Translations under genes and position numbers: made by a program
Shown here: in pieces, positions 1 through 8,326 of the stretch
Layout of the letters: each line of letters opens with the position of its first letter
Position numbering within the stretch: the stretch's first letter is position 1
The notes under the pieces: model-generated
The model's input: the letters and a program-made list of their open reading frames with translations, nothing else
Database searches by the model: none
What the model was told of the DNA's origin: nothing
Source: Malacoraja senta
Taxonomy: Eukaryota
Length of the DNA stretch: 48,655 nt
Direction of reading: 5' to 3'
Assembly (NCBI GenBank): GCA_038087875.1
Contig: JAXLNO010000089.1
Location: 1-48,655 of the forward strand

Positions 1-302
1 GAGAGAGAGAGGGGGAGAGGAGAGAGGGAGAGAGTGGGGGTGAGAAAGAGAGAGAGGGGGAGAGAGTGAGGGAGAGAGGGAGAGAGAGAGAGTGGGAGAG
101 AGAGAGAGGGGGAGAGGGAGAGGGAGAGTGGGGGTGAGAAAGAGAGAGAGAAGGAGAGAGGGAGTGAGGGAGAGGGAGAGAGAGAGAGAGAGGGGGAGAG
201 GGAGAGAGTGGGGGAGAGAAAGGGAGAGAGAAGGAGAGAGAGAGGGAGATAGAGAGAGGGAGAGAAGGAGAGCGAGAGGGTGTGAGATAGAGAGGGAGAG
301 AG
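1..302. repeat. (GA)n-rich polypurine microsatellite
   Basis: Almost pure G/A imperfect dinucleotide repeat; runs off the window start. Confidence 0.95.
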
Positions 303-382
303 AGGCGGAGGCGGAGATCTTGGATCTAGAACACAAAGTCCTGGAGATCCTGATCTAGCTCCAGGTTCCAGAACAGGTCCTC

Positions 383-566
383 TGACATCACCTGTTGCTA
401 AGGGGAGGTGGGGGACCTCTGATTGGTCGCTGTGTACCCCCCATACAGCATCATCTGTTGCCGGGGGGGAAGGGGGCTACTGATTGGCCGAAAGGGAAGC
501 GCACGATCCGATCCGATTGGCTGCTGCACCCCATCGTGACGTCACCTGTTGCCAGGGGGGAGGGAG
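383..566. promoter_or_regulatory. Cluster of RFX X-box-like, CRE-like and CCAAT motifs in three degenerate repeats (possible enhancer)
   Basis: Repeats TGACATCACCTGTTGCTAAGGGG (383), CAGCATCATCTGTTGCCGGGGG (446) and TGACGTCACCTGTTGCCAGGGG (537). ATTGG at 422, 483 and 516; perfect CRE TGACGTCA at 537-544. Function is inferred only. Confidence 0.35.
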
Positions 567-612
567 CCCGGAGCGGAGAGACTGCGACCGCCCGCCTCTG
601 GGATGGATGCGC

Positions 613-1517
613 TCAGGGCGCGGATTGATTCATGAGCCGAAGCACTGAGGTGAGCGGATATTTCACCGCGCTCTTCACCTGCTCCCTGAACTTGGACTGG
701 TCACCGCGTAAATAAATGTGTTGGTGCAGCAGCTGAGATTCCTCAGCAAATACCCGACCTCGCTAAAGATCCATTGAGAATCATTCCCATCATTTCCAGT
801 TCCTGTGATCTGATAATAGACGAATTCTACAACATACGTCAGCCACAGGAGGATGAAGCTGCCGGAGATGGTGAAGAGTAAAACCATAGACCTCCTCCTG
901 CTCTCCATCTCCGGGTCACTGCGGTTCTCCCCCTTGCTCTCACCCCTCAGCCCCTTACGCACCCGACTGGCCACTAAAATGTGGCGGACAGTCAGAGCGT
1001 TGAGCAGCAGGATTACAGCGAAAGGGAGGAACGAGTTAAAACCGTGTCGATCCAGTCAAATGCCACCCACCCGGGGTCAGTGAAATAACTGGCCACATTG
1101 TCACAGCCCCACGGGACATTGTCGATGATTGTCCCGGGTTCCACTGTGAAGTAGCGGGGAATGTTTTTCACACAGAACAGAACGCCGGCTGTTGCCAGAA
1201 CCACAGCCGCAGTTTTCCCGGTGCAATATTTAGTTTTCAGCTTCTGGCAACAAATGGCGACAAAGCGATCAAAGGTGAAAGTGACGGTGAACCAGACAGA
1301 ACAGTCTGTAGCTGCAGACGTCAGTACCTCGTTAACACGGCACACAGGGTAGATGGTCAGGAAACTCAATAAAAGTAATGTAATCGGAGCTGAAACAAAA
1401 TGACCACGGTGATGAGGGTCAGTAGATCGGCCGCTGCCATGGCCACCAGGTAACGAGTGGTGCAGGTGGAGAGGCCACACTTTCCCCGGGACAGGATCAC
1501 AATCGCCACTAAATTCA
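613..1517 (-). pseudogene. Exon 2 of a GPR139/GPR142-like class A GPCR (TM1 end to C-terminus), with three -1 frameshifts (pseudogene or consensus errors)
   Basis: Acceptor tctttccgcAG at 1519-1518. Conceptual translation: VNLVAIVILSRGKCGLSTCTTRYLVAMAAADLL / SFLTIYPVC...DCSVWFTVTFTFDRFVAICCQKLKTKYCT...WIDTVLT / PFLPFAVILLLNALTVRHILVASRVRKGLRG...LSCCTNTFIYAVT / QSKFREQVKSAVKYP...SAP* (TGA 615-613). DRF corresponds to the DRY motif and NTFIY to NPxxY. Frameshifts near 1367, 1033 and 699. Confidence 0.88.
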
Positions 1518-2002
1518 CTGCGGAAAGACAAGGGAACAGACACTGGGCATTTACCCAACACGGTCTCCGGGGCTGAACACCGGCTCGACTTTCAGCTCAA
1601 GATCAGGAGTGTTGGAGTCGGTGCGCGGCTGCTGCAAGTTTAACAATGTCAGAGCAGGCTCCGACTGTGCCCGACCTGCCTGCCTGCTTCAGGGGAGAAG
1701 AGATAAGGTGACGGGCGGGTGGGGTAAAGGGCAGGGGAGGGAACGAGTAGCCACCCACCCATCTACAATAGGCGTAATGGTCCTTTCTATAGTGAACCCT
1801 GCTGCTGCTCACAGTCTGTGATGGGGCCGCTTTCACAGACTTAACCGTGAGCGGCCGGCCCCGTTTAACCAGGGCTCTGGGAACTCGGCATCTGATGGGG
1901 ACGAGGAGGGAGACTTCCAGAGGGAAGGCAGGGACAACTTAGAATCCGGCAGCAGCAGCAGCAGAGTGGCTCCGTTAATGGATTCATTCCACAGTGAGTT
2001 CA

Positions 2003-2216
2003 GTAGACAACAGGTGCAGGAGGAGGCCATTTGGCCCTTCGAGCCAGCACCGCCATTCAATTTGATCATGGCTGATCATCCCCAATCAGTACCCCGTTCC
2101 TGCCTTCTCCCCATATCCCCTGACTCCGCTATTTTTAAGAGCCCTATCTAGCTCTCTTTTGAAAGCATCCAGAGAACCGGCCTCCACTGAGTCAGAGAAT
2201 TCCACACTCACCACTC
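2003..2216 (-). mobile_element. CR1-type LINE 3'-end fragment
   Basis: Resembles the reverse complement of a chondrichthyan CR1 ORF2 end plus 3' UTR (AGGCCATTTGGCCCTTCGAGCC...CCATTCAATTTGATCATGGCTGATC). Related to the fragment at 2594-2849. Confidence 0.7.
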
Positions 2217-2369
2217 ATCACTCTCAAGCTTCCACTGAGGTTATCCCAATGGCTTCTTGATGCAAACTACTTCATCTATTGCATTATCCCCAAACTCTGC
2301 CCTTCCAGAACCAGGTTAGCATTCAGCACAGATAAGGGAAATTACTCAGAAAGGACTTTACACAAGAGT

Positions 2370-2572
2370 AGACAAAAGTGCTGGAGAATCTCAGCGGGTG
2401 AGGCAGCATCTATGGAACGAAGGAAACAGGTAACGTTTCGGGCCGAAACCCTTCTTCAGACTGGAAATAGTTACCTATTTCCTTCGCTCCATAGATCCTG
2501 TCTCACCCGCTGAGTTTCTCCAGCACTTTTGTCTACTTTCGATTTTCCAGCATCTGCAGTTCATTCTTAAAC
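2370..2572 (+). mobile_element. Penelope-like (PLE) non-autonomous fold-back insertion with 15-bp TSD
   Basis: ~67-bp inverted repeat (2367-2433 vs 2470-2537) enclosing a hammerhead core. Exact flanking direct repeat ACTTTACACAAGAGT at 2355-2369 and 2573-2587. Tail CCAGCATCTGCAGTTCATTC is shared with the element at 3014. Confidence 0.75.
2432..2459 (-). ncRNA. Minimal hammerhead ribozyme core (PLE type)
   Basis: Minus strand reads CUGAAGA-A-GGGU(UUCG)GCCC-GAAA-CGUU: conserved CUGANGA and GAAA boxes, stem II capped by UUCG, palindromic ACGU stem III, GUU cleavage triplet. Confidence 0.7.
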
Positions 2573-2593
2573 ACTTTACACAAGAGTGCAGCT

Positions 2594-2849
2594 GATAGGA
2601 GCAGAATTAGGCCATTCGGCCCATCATGTCTACTCCGCCATTCAATCATGGCCGATCTATCTTTCCCTCTCAACCCCATTCTCTTGCCTTCTCCCCGTAA
2701 ACCCCGACACCCCCTACTAATCAAGAATCTATCACTCTCCGCCTTAAAACTATCCATTGACTTGGCCTCCACCCCTGTCTGCTGCAATGAATTGCACAGA
2801 TTCACCACCCTCTGTCTAAAGAAATTCCTCCTCATCTCCTTTCTAAAGG
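2594..2849 (-). mobile_element. CR1-type LINE 3'-end fragment (ORF2 C-terminus + 3' UTR)
   Basis: Minus-strand translation RKEMRRNFFRQRVVNLCNSLQQTGVEAKSMDSFKAESDRFL resembles the conserved CR1 ORF2 C-terminal FFxQRVVxxWNxLP...FK..LD motif, followed by the typical GGGCCGAATGGCCT tail. Confidence 0.85.
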
Positions 2850-3013
2850 TAAAGGTAAAGCTGGGGAAGAACGCACTACAATGGCCGCCATATCCAATCA
2901 TCCCTGATATTCCTCTTTCTCTCCCTCCCCACACAAGGTGCCCTTCACACTTCCCTCCTGAAGCAGAGGCCAATTGTTGCAAATGAGAGTCCACCCCTTC
3001 TGGTCCAGACGGT

Positions 3014-3206
3014 CGACGCAGAAAGCGGAGTAACTCAGCGGGACAGGCAGCATCTGTGGAGAGAAGGAATGGGACTGAAGAAGGGTCTTGATCCGAAACG
3101 TCACCCATTCCTTCTCTCCAGAGAAGCTGCCCGTCCCGCTGAGTTACTCCAGCACTTTGTCTCTATCTACGATTTAAACCAGCATCTGCAGTTCATTCCC
3201 ACACAC
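3014..3206 (+). mobile_element. Second Penelope-like fold-back insertion
   Basis: Inverted arms (~3027-3073 vs ~3104-3150) flank a hammerhead core. Same 3' tail as the 2370 element. Possible TSD TCCAGACGGT (3004-3013) / TCCAGCCGGT (3211-3220), 9 of 10 matching. Confidence 0.7.
3075..3102 (+). ncRNA. Minimal hammerhead ribozyme core (PLE type)
   Basis: CUGAAGA-A-GGGU(CUUG)AUCC-GAAA-CGUC: core boxes intact, stem II keeps pairing, GUC triplet. Flanks 3057-3073 and 3104-3120 are perfectly complementary. Confidence 0.7.
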
Positions 3207-3879
3207 GAAATCCAGCCGGTGCCAGGAATGCAAACTATTATCCCCATGTATGGATGGTGTGGGATATATGTACCAAAGCACAGAGACAGGGGGGGGGGGT
3301 AGTTAGTCGGGTTAGTTTAGACATACAGCGGCTAATCTCAGCAGACTCAAGATGGTGCAGGTGAAGTAACAACACACACACACACTCGCCGGTAGATCCG
3401 CGGCCACTGGTTCAGGAGATCGATCCAATTATTGACCAAAATGCTGTGGGTGGAATCCGACTGTGACAGACAGACTCCACAGTGAGACACAGTGTCCACA
3501 TGAGCGGGTGTTCACTCTGATCAATAACTCAGTCACAGTGAACTTCACAACGTGAACCCCTCTCTCCCAGTCACACCGTCCCGGAGAGCTGCCTGCCTGC
3601 CTGCCTGTCCCGAGCACTGGGACAACACTGAAGGCAAGAACAACATTCTAGTGGCTCCCGGCCGGCAGCAGTGAGAGAAAAAGGGGCTTAGTTTCAGCTG
3701 TCTGAAAATAAGAAATATCACAGCATTAATTCACAAATATTTCACTGAGAGGATTGATATTCTTCACATATTCTTGTACAACGATCATCAGTTGGGAACT
3801 TGTAACATGATGAGAATCAGGTCAACACCAGTTAACACACGGATGGAATTATACAACTTGAATTGTTCTGCTCACTTAC

Positions 3880-3955
3880 CAGGGACACCAATGGCAGCAA
3901 TGATCACGTACACGATTCTCTGCACGGCGTAATATTCATCTAGATTCTGCCCCAT
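3880..3955 (-). CDS. Exon 1 of the GPR139-like GPCR (MGQNLDEYYAVQRIVYVIIAAIGVP)
   Basis: ATG at 3955 in good Kozak context (AAAATGG); hydrophobic TM1 start; ends at a GTAAGT donor. Confidence 0.85.
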
Positions 3956-4035
3956 TTTCTCTGCCCAGCGACGTGTCCCCGTGAGATACCGGTAATGTCT
4001 CGGAATGAAATGCTGGGACAGAACATTCCTGGGGA

Positions 4036-4042
4036 TTTTATA
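4036..4042 (-). promoter_or_regulatory. Putative TATA box of the GPCR gene
   Basis: TATAAAA on the minus strand, 81-87 bp upstream of the ATG, with no intervening ATG in the implied 5' UTR. Confidence 0.45.
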
Positions 4043-4483
4043 CCATTTTCCGTCTCCACCGGGACAGTGAAGTTTCAACAGAGTTTTAAAAATAGAGATT
4101 TTGAAATGATTCACAAACAGATGACATCAGCCGAGTGAAATCCCTGCTGAGACAGGTTGTGATTTATTCAGGGAATTGATTGAGAAACTCCAAAGACTGG
4201 GAATTGTGGCGATAGATACTGAGGGATGGAAATTGGGAGCGGCGGCATTGTTCCAGCAAAGGGGATATTGTTTCAAACTCCATCAGATCCAACTCTCCAC
4301 CTCATGTTGGTTGTCTGATTTCCTTTAATCCGTTTCACTCAGCAAGGCAATGCCAAATTCCAGGGACCCTCTCAGGGCTTCTGGTGCCCAGTTTGAAGGT
4401 GGACTGGACTGGGCGACCTTTGTCCACAGGTTGAGGAATTAGTTCACACATCACCTCGGACTAAAATGCCCCCCCATCCCTCC

Positions 4484-4700
4484 ACTCTGCTTCACCACTC
4501 AATATGATCGCGGCTTGACTGACTGTGACCTCAACCCCACACTCCCGCTGACTGACCCCGGGAACCATTCACTCCCTGCTTGCCTGGAATAGATCTGACT
4601 ATACCATGGGACAATAACATTCTCTGCCTTCCTTCATCACCTCTGAGGGGGAACAACCCAAAGGCTCACGACACTCAGAGAACAGAAACATTGCCGCCTC
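4484..4700 (-). mobile_element. Old, degraded CR1-like 3' fragment
   Basis: Weak similarity to the 2003 and 2594 fragments (CCACTCAATATGATC...CCTCAACCCCAC...); boundaries approximate. Confidence 0.4.
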
Positions 4701-4858
4701 AGAATTGTCCTAAACCTAAATAAAACGGCGAATGATGCAGCACCTCTCCCTCCTCTCTTTCTCTCTCCCTCCATCCTCACTGCTGTCACTCTCTCTGAAC
4801 TGTTACTCTATTTCCTACGCTCTCTATTCCCCCTCTCTGGGCTGCCCTCTCTCCGTCC

Positions 4859-5353
4859 ACTGATGGAGGGACACACAGTGGGATAGTACTGATGGAGGGA
4901 TACACTGTGGTGGTGCTGATGGAGGGACACACTGTGGTGGTGGTACTGATGGAGGGACACACTGTGGTGGTGGTACTGATGGAGGGACACACTGTGGTGG
5001 TGGTACTGATGGAGGGGACACACTGTGGTGGTGGTACTGATGGAGGGACACACTGTGGTGGTACTGATGGAGGGACACACTGTGGTGGTACTGATGGAGG
5101 GATACACTGTGGTGGTACTGATGGAGGGGACACACTGTGGTGGTACTGATGGTGGGGACACACTGTGGTGGTACTGATGGAGGGACACACTGTGGTGGTG
5201 GTACTGATGGAGGGACACACTGCGGTGGTACTGATGGAGGGACACACTGTGGTGGTGGTACTGATGGAGGGACACACTGTGGTGGTGGTACTGATGGAGG
5301 GACACACTGTGGTGGTACGGATGGAGGGGCACACTGTGGTGGTACTGATGGAG
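4859..5353. repeat. 27/30-bp G-rich minisatellite ACTGATGGAGGGACACACTGTGGTGGT(GGT), ~17 copies
   Basis: Direct tandem repeat; units differ by one GGT. Confidence 0.95.
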
Positions 5354-5790
5354 TATTACTGATAGCGTGACACACTGTGGAGTAGTAATCTGGGGTAGTA
5401 CTTATAGTGACAGATTTTCATATCGTTTCGAGGATTCTTTCCTTTAGTCACTCTGATTGAAGACACGGGTTCAGGAGTTAATCGAAACGCATTCACGAGC
5501 TCTCCCCGAGACATTCAATGCCGTCGAAAGGGAAATCTTCCAAACACAGTCTCTTGATTAATAGTTTCTTTAGTGTAGTAGCAAAAACAGTAAGATATTC
5601 ATCCAAACTTCTTCTTGTATAACTACACTAGACTAAGTGAGACCCGTTGGATCCCAGCTTCACACAGGAGGGCTGGTCCCACAAAGCAATTTTCCACCTC
5701 TCCACCAATTCCAATATTGCTGGCCAGTGGGGGGGGGGGGGGGTGGTTACTGGAGCACTAACATCGGTTTTGTGTGCCGAATGGATTCTT

Positions 5791-5990
5791 GGGCTGGCAG
5801 CTCAGAAACTCAGGCCTGGTGGGCTGGCAGCTCAGAAACTCAGGCCTGGTGGGCTGGCAGCTCAGAAACTCAGGCCTGGTGGGCTGGCAGCTCAGAAACT
5901 CAGGCCTGGTGGGCTGGCAGCTCAGAAACTCAGGCCTGGTGGGCTGGCAGCTCAGAAACTCAGGCCTGGTGGGCTGGCAGCTCAGAAACT
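5791..5990. repeat. Perfect 30-bp minisatellite GGGCTGGCAGCTCAGAAACTCAGGCCTGGT x6.7
   Basis: Identical tandem copies. Confidence 0.97.
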
Positions 5991-6514
5991 GCCAGAAATT
6001 CTACTGAAAACAGGTGACAGTCTGTGAGAGAGAAGGAGGAGAGGGTGGACAATCAATTTTAGACATTTTCATCTCTTTTTACAGATCACAGCAATGAAGG
6101 AGGAACGTCTATCCTTGCGTTGATCGCTGTTGCGCTAGTATGGGTGTTGTGGGCTGAAGGGACTGGTTTCCAGAGGGCTAGTATGGAAATTGTGGACTGA
6201 ATGGATTCTTGGACATGCAGTTCACTAAGTCATGACTGATGGGCTGGCACTTCAGTCAATTACAGCTGGTGTGGTGGCAGTTCACTCAGTTACCCCTCCT
6301 TCCTTCACCCCCAACTCTGCTCCTTGCATTTCCCCTCCCCCCCACGCATTCAGTCCATCTCTCCTCAACCTCCCCCCCAGGCACTCTTAGTGGCTCTCTG
6401 ACAGCGCAGCCATTCCTGCCCATTACGTACCCATTGTGATGAGGAACACGCCGACATGGCAAGGTGAAAAAGGATTTATTAATGTTTAAAATATGAACGA
6501 GTCTTAAAACAATG

Positions 6515-7020
6515 CAAGTCCAACCTCACAGCACTCCAAGCACAGTGCAGGCAACAAGTCCAACCTCACAGCACTCCAAGCACAGTGCAGGCAACAAGTC
6601 CAACCTCACAGCACTCCAAGCACAGTGCAGGCAGCAAGCCCAACCTCACAGCACTCCAAGCACAGTGCAGGCAGCAAGTCCAACCTCACAGCACTCCAAG
6701 CACAGTGCAAGCAGCAACTCCAACCTCACAGCACTCCAAGCACAGTGCAGGCAGTAAGTCCAACCTCACAGCACTCCAAGCAGAGAGCAGGCAGTAAGTC
6801 CAACCTCACAGCACTCCAAGCAGAGTGGAGGCAACAAGTCCAACCTCACAGCACTCCAAGCAGAGTGGAGGCAACAAGTCCAACCTCACAACACTCCAAG
6901 CAGAGTGCAGGCAGCAAGTCCAACCTCACAGCACTCCAAGCAGAGTGGAGGCAACAAGTCCAACCTCACAGCACTCCAAGCAGAGTGCAAGCAGCAAGTC
7001 CAACCTCACAGCACTCCAAG
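6515..7020. repeat. 40-bp minisatellite CAAGTCCAACCTCACAGCACTCCAAGCACAGTGCAGGCAG, ~12.5 copies
   Basis: Exact 40-bp periodicity with few substitutions. Confidence 0.97.
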
Positions 7021-7028
7021 CACTCCAA

Positions 7029-7231
7029 CAGAGACACACACATAGAGACACACACATACACAAACACACACACAGAGCACACACACAGAGACAAACACAC
7101 AGAGACACACACACACACACACACAGACACACACAGCGAGGCACACACAGAGAGACACACAGGGACACACACACAGGGACACACACACAGGGACACACAC
7201 ACAGGGACACACACAGGAACACACACACACA

Positions 7232-7275
<44 letters not shown>

Positions 7276-7338
7276 GAGACACACACACACACTCACACAA
7301 ATAAAGACACACAAACACAGACACACACTCACGCACAG
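7029..7338. repeat. Interrupted (CA)n microsatellite
   Basis: CA dinucleotides with GA/GG interruptions. Confidence 0.95.
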
Positions 7339-7473
7339 CACCAATAATAAAATGCCAAGTAACTTCAGAATGTGGTAACCATACTGAATCCTGTTACTAA
7401 CGGTTCAGGGCGGTGTCTCCACTTGACCCTTCCGCACTGAGCGCCACCTCTGAACTCACCAGAAATGACGCAA

Positions 7474-8326
7474 TCAGCACCATCTCTCCACTAAGTCACG
7501 GAATGAGCGGCAATTTTGCATTGAACACAGTCCTGATCTAATAAAACGTCTATTCACTGTTTTTCCTTCCAAAAACGGTTGCACAGCAAGCCACATTTAA
7601 AACGCAAGCCACATGAAAACGCAAGCCACATTTATAAAGCAAATCACATTTTAAAATATAGGCACAGCTTAGCGGCACAGTCAAAGGGCACAGTTGTCAA
7701 TTAGCGGCACCGTCAAAAGGCACAGTTTTCAATTAGCGGCACCGTCAAAAGGCACAGTTTTCAATTAGCGGCACCGTCAAAAGGCACACTTTTCAATTAG
7801 CGGCACAGTCAAGAGGCACACTTTTCAATTAGCGACACCGTCAAAAGGCACTCTTCAATTAGCGGCACAGTCAAAAGGCACACTTTTAAATTAGAGGCAC
7901 AGTCAAAAGGCACGTAAAAACATTTATTCCTTCCAAACACAGTTCCAAATAAACCACATAAAAGCACATAAAACCACACTCACAGTTTAGTGGACTTGTG
8001 TTCAGTGATCAGTTTATTCACTGCTCAGACTGAGAGTCGTGAACTCTCCCTCCCCCATCTTGCAGCGACTGCGGCAATTCCACACTTCCGGGTTTATAGT
8101 CCCTCCCCCTCCCACCGGATGGGGCGTGTCCTCCATGGCATGGTTGACAGGAGAGAGAATTTCAACATTATTTAAACATTAATAAGTCTTATATTTTTCA
8201 TCTATGGCCCTGACAGCTGGAGGGGGACTGAGTAATATGGCCAAAAATCGAAGCCGTGAGTGGAAGTCATTTTTCTAAAACCAATATACAGTGCAAACAG
8301 GAAGTGGTCAAGATTTGACTTTGAAT
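7474..8326. repeat. ~0.85-kb non-satellite spacer block, copy 1
   Basis: Starts TCAGCACCATCTCTCC and ends ...CAGGAAGTGGTCAAGATTTGACTTTGAAT; recurs at 10867 and 12310. Confidence 0.92.
7669..7913. repeat. 32-bp internal subrepeat TTAGCGGCACMGTCAAAAGGCACASTTTTCAA, ~8 copies (~6 in block copies 2 and 3)
   Basis: TTAGCGGCAC recurs at 7669, 7701, 7733, 7765, 7797 and onward. Confidence 0.9.

Larger units (their letters stand above)
1518..3879 (-). other. Phase-1 GT-AG intron of the GPCR gene (2362 bp)
   Basis: Donor G|GTAAGT at 3880/3879 and polypyrimidine + CAG acceptor at 1518. Splicing gives the in-frame join IGVP-V-NLVAIV. Confidence 0.85.
5628..8326 (-). mobile_element. Putative non-autonomous Helitron containing internal tandem repeats
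   Basis: Minus strand ends GGGATCC-AAC-GGGTCTC (hairpin, 5655-5639), ACTTAGT, CTAG (5631-5628), then host T: the canonical Helitron 3' terminus. No TIR or TSD. An intact 5' TC terminus is not evident, so the right boundary is inferred from the satellite onset. Confidence 0.55.

Noticed and set aside
92..358. Arg/Glu/Gly-rich 88-aa ORF
   Set aside because: Translation of the (GA)n microsatellite.
2533..3108. 191-aa minus-strand ORF
   Set aside because: Chance fusion across a PLE-like insert, unique intron sequence and a CR1 ORF2 tail; only the CR1 part is protein-derived.
3300..3332. GTTAGTTTAGACATACAGCG, resembling a reversed SINE/LINE tail
   Set aside because: Too short; no element body follows.
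3956..4114. N-terminal extension of GPCR exon 1 suggested by ORF 3872..4114
   Set aside because: It starts at a non-ATG codon and spans the putative TATA box; the ATG at 3955 has good Kozak context and gives a typical short N-terminus.
5453..5493. Possible third hammerhead (CTGATTGA...CGAAACGCATT)
   Set aside because: The core has an extra base, there is no convincing stem II or stem III, and no PLE-type flanks.
4786..7347. ORFs with PPSVPPQC, WAGSSETQA, QHSKHSA and HT/CV repeats
   Set aside because: They are translations of minisatellites and a CA microsatellite, open in several frames at once.
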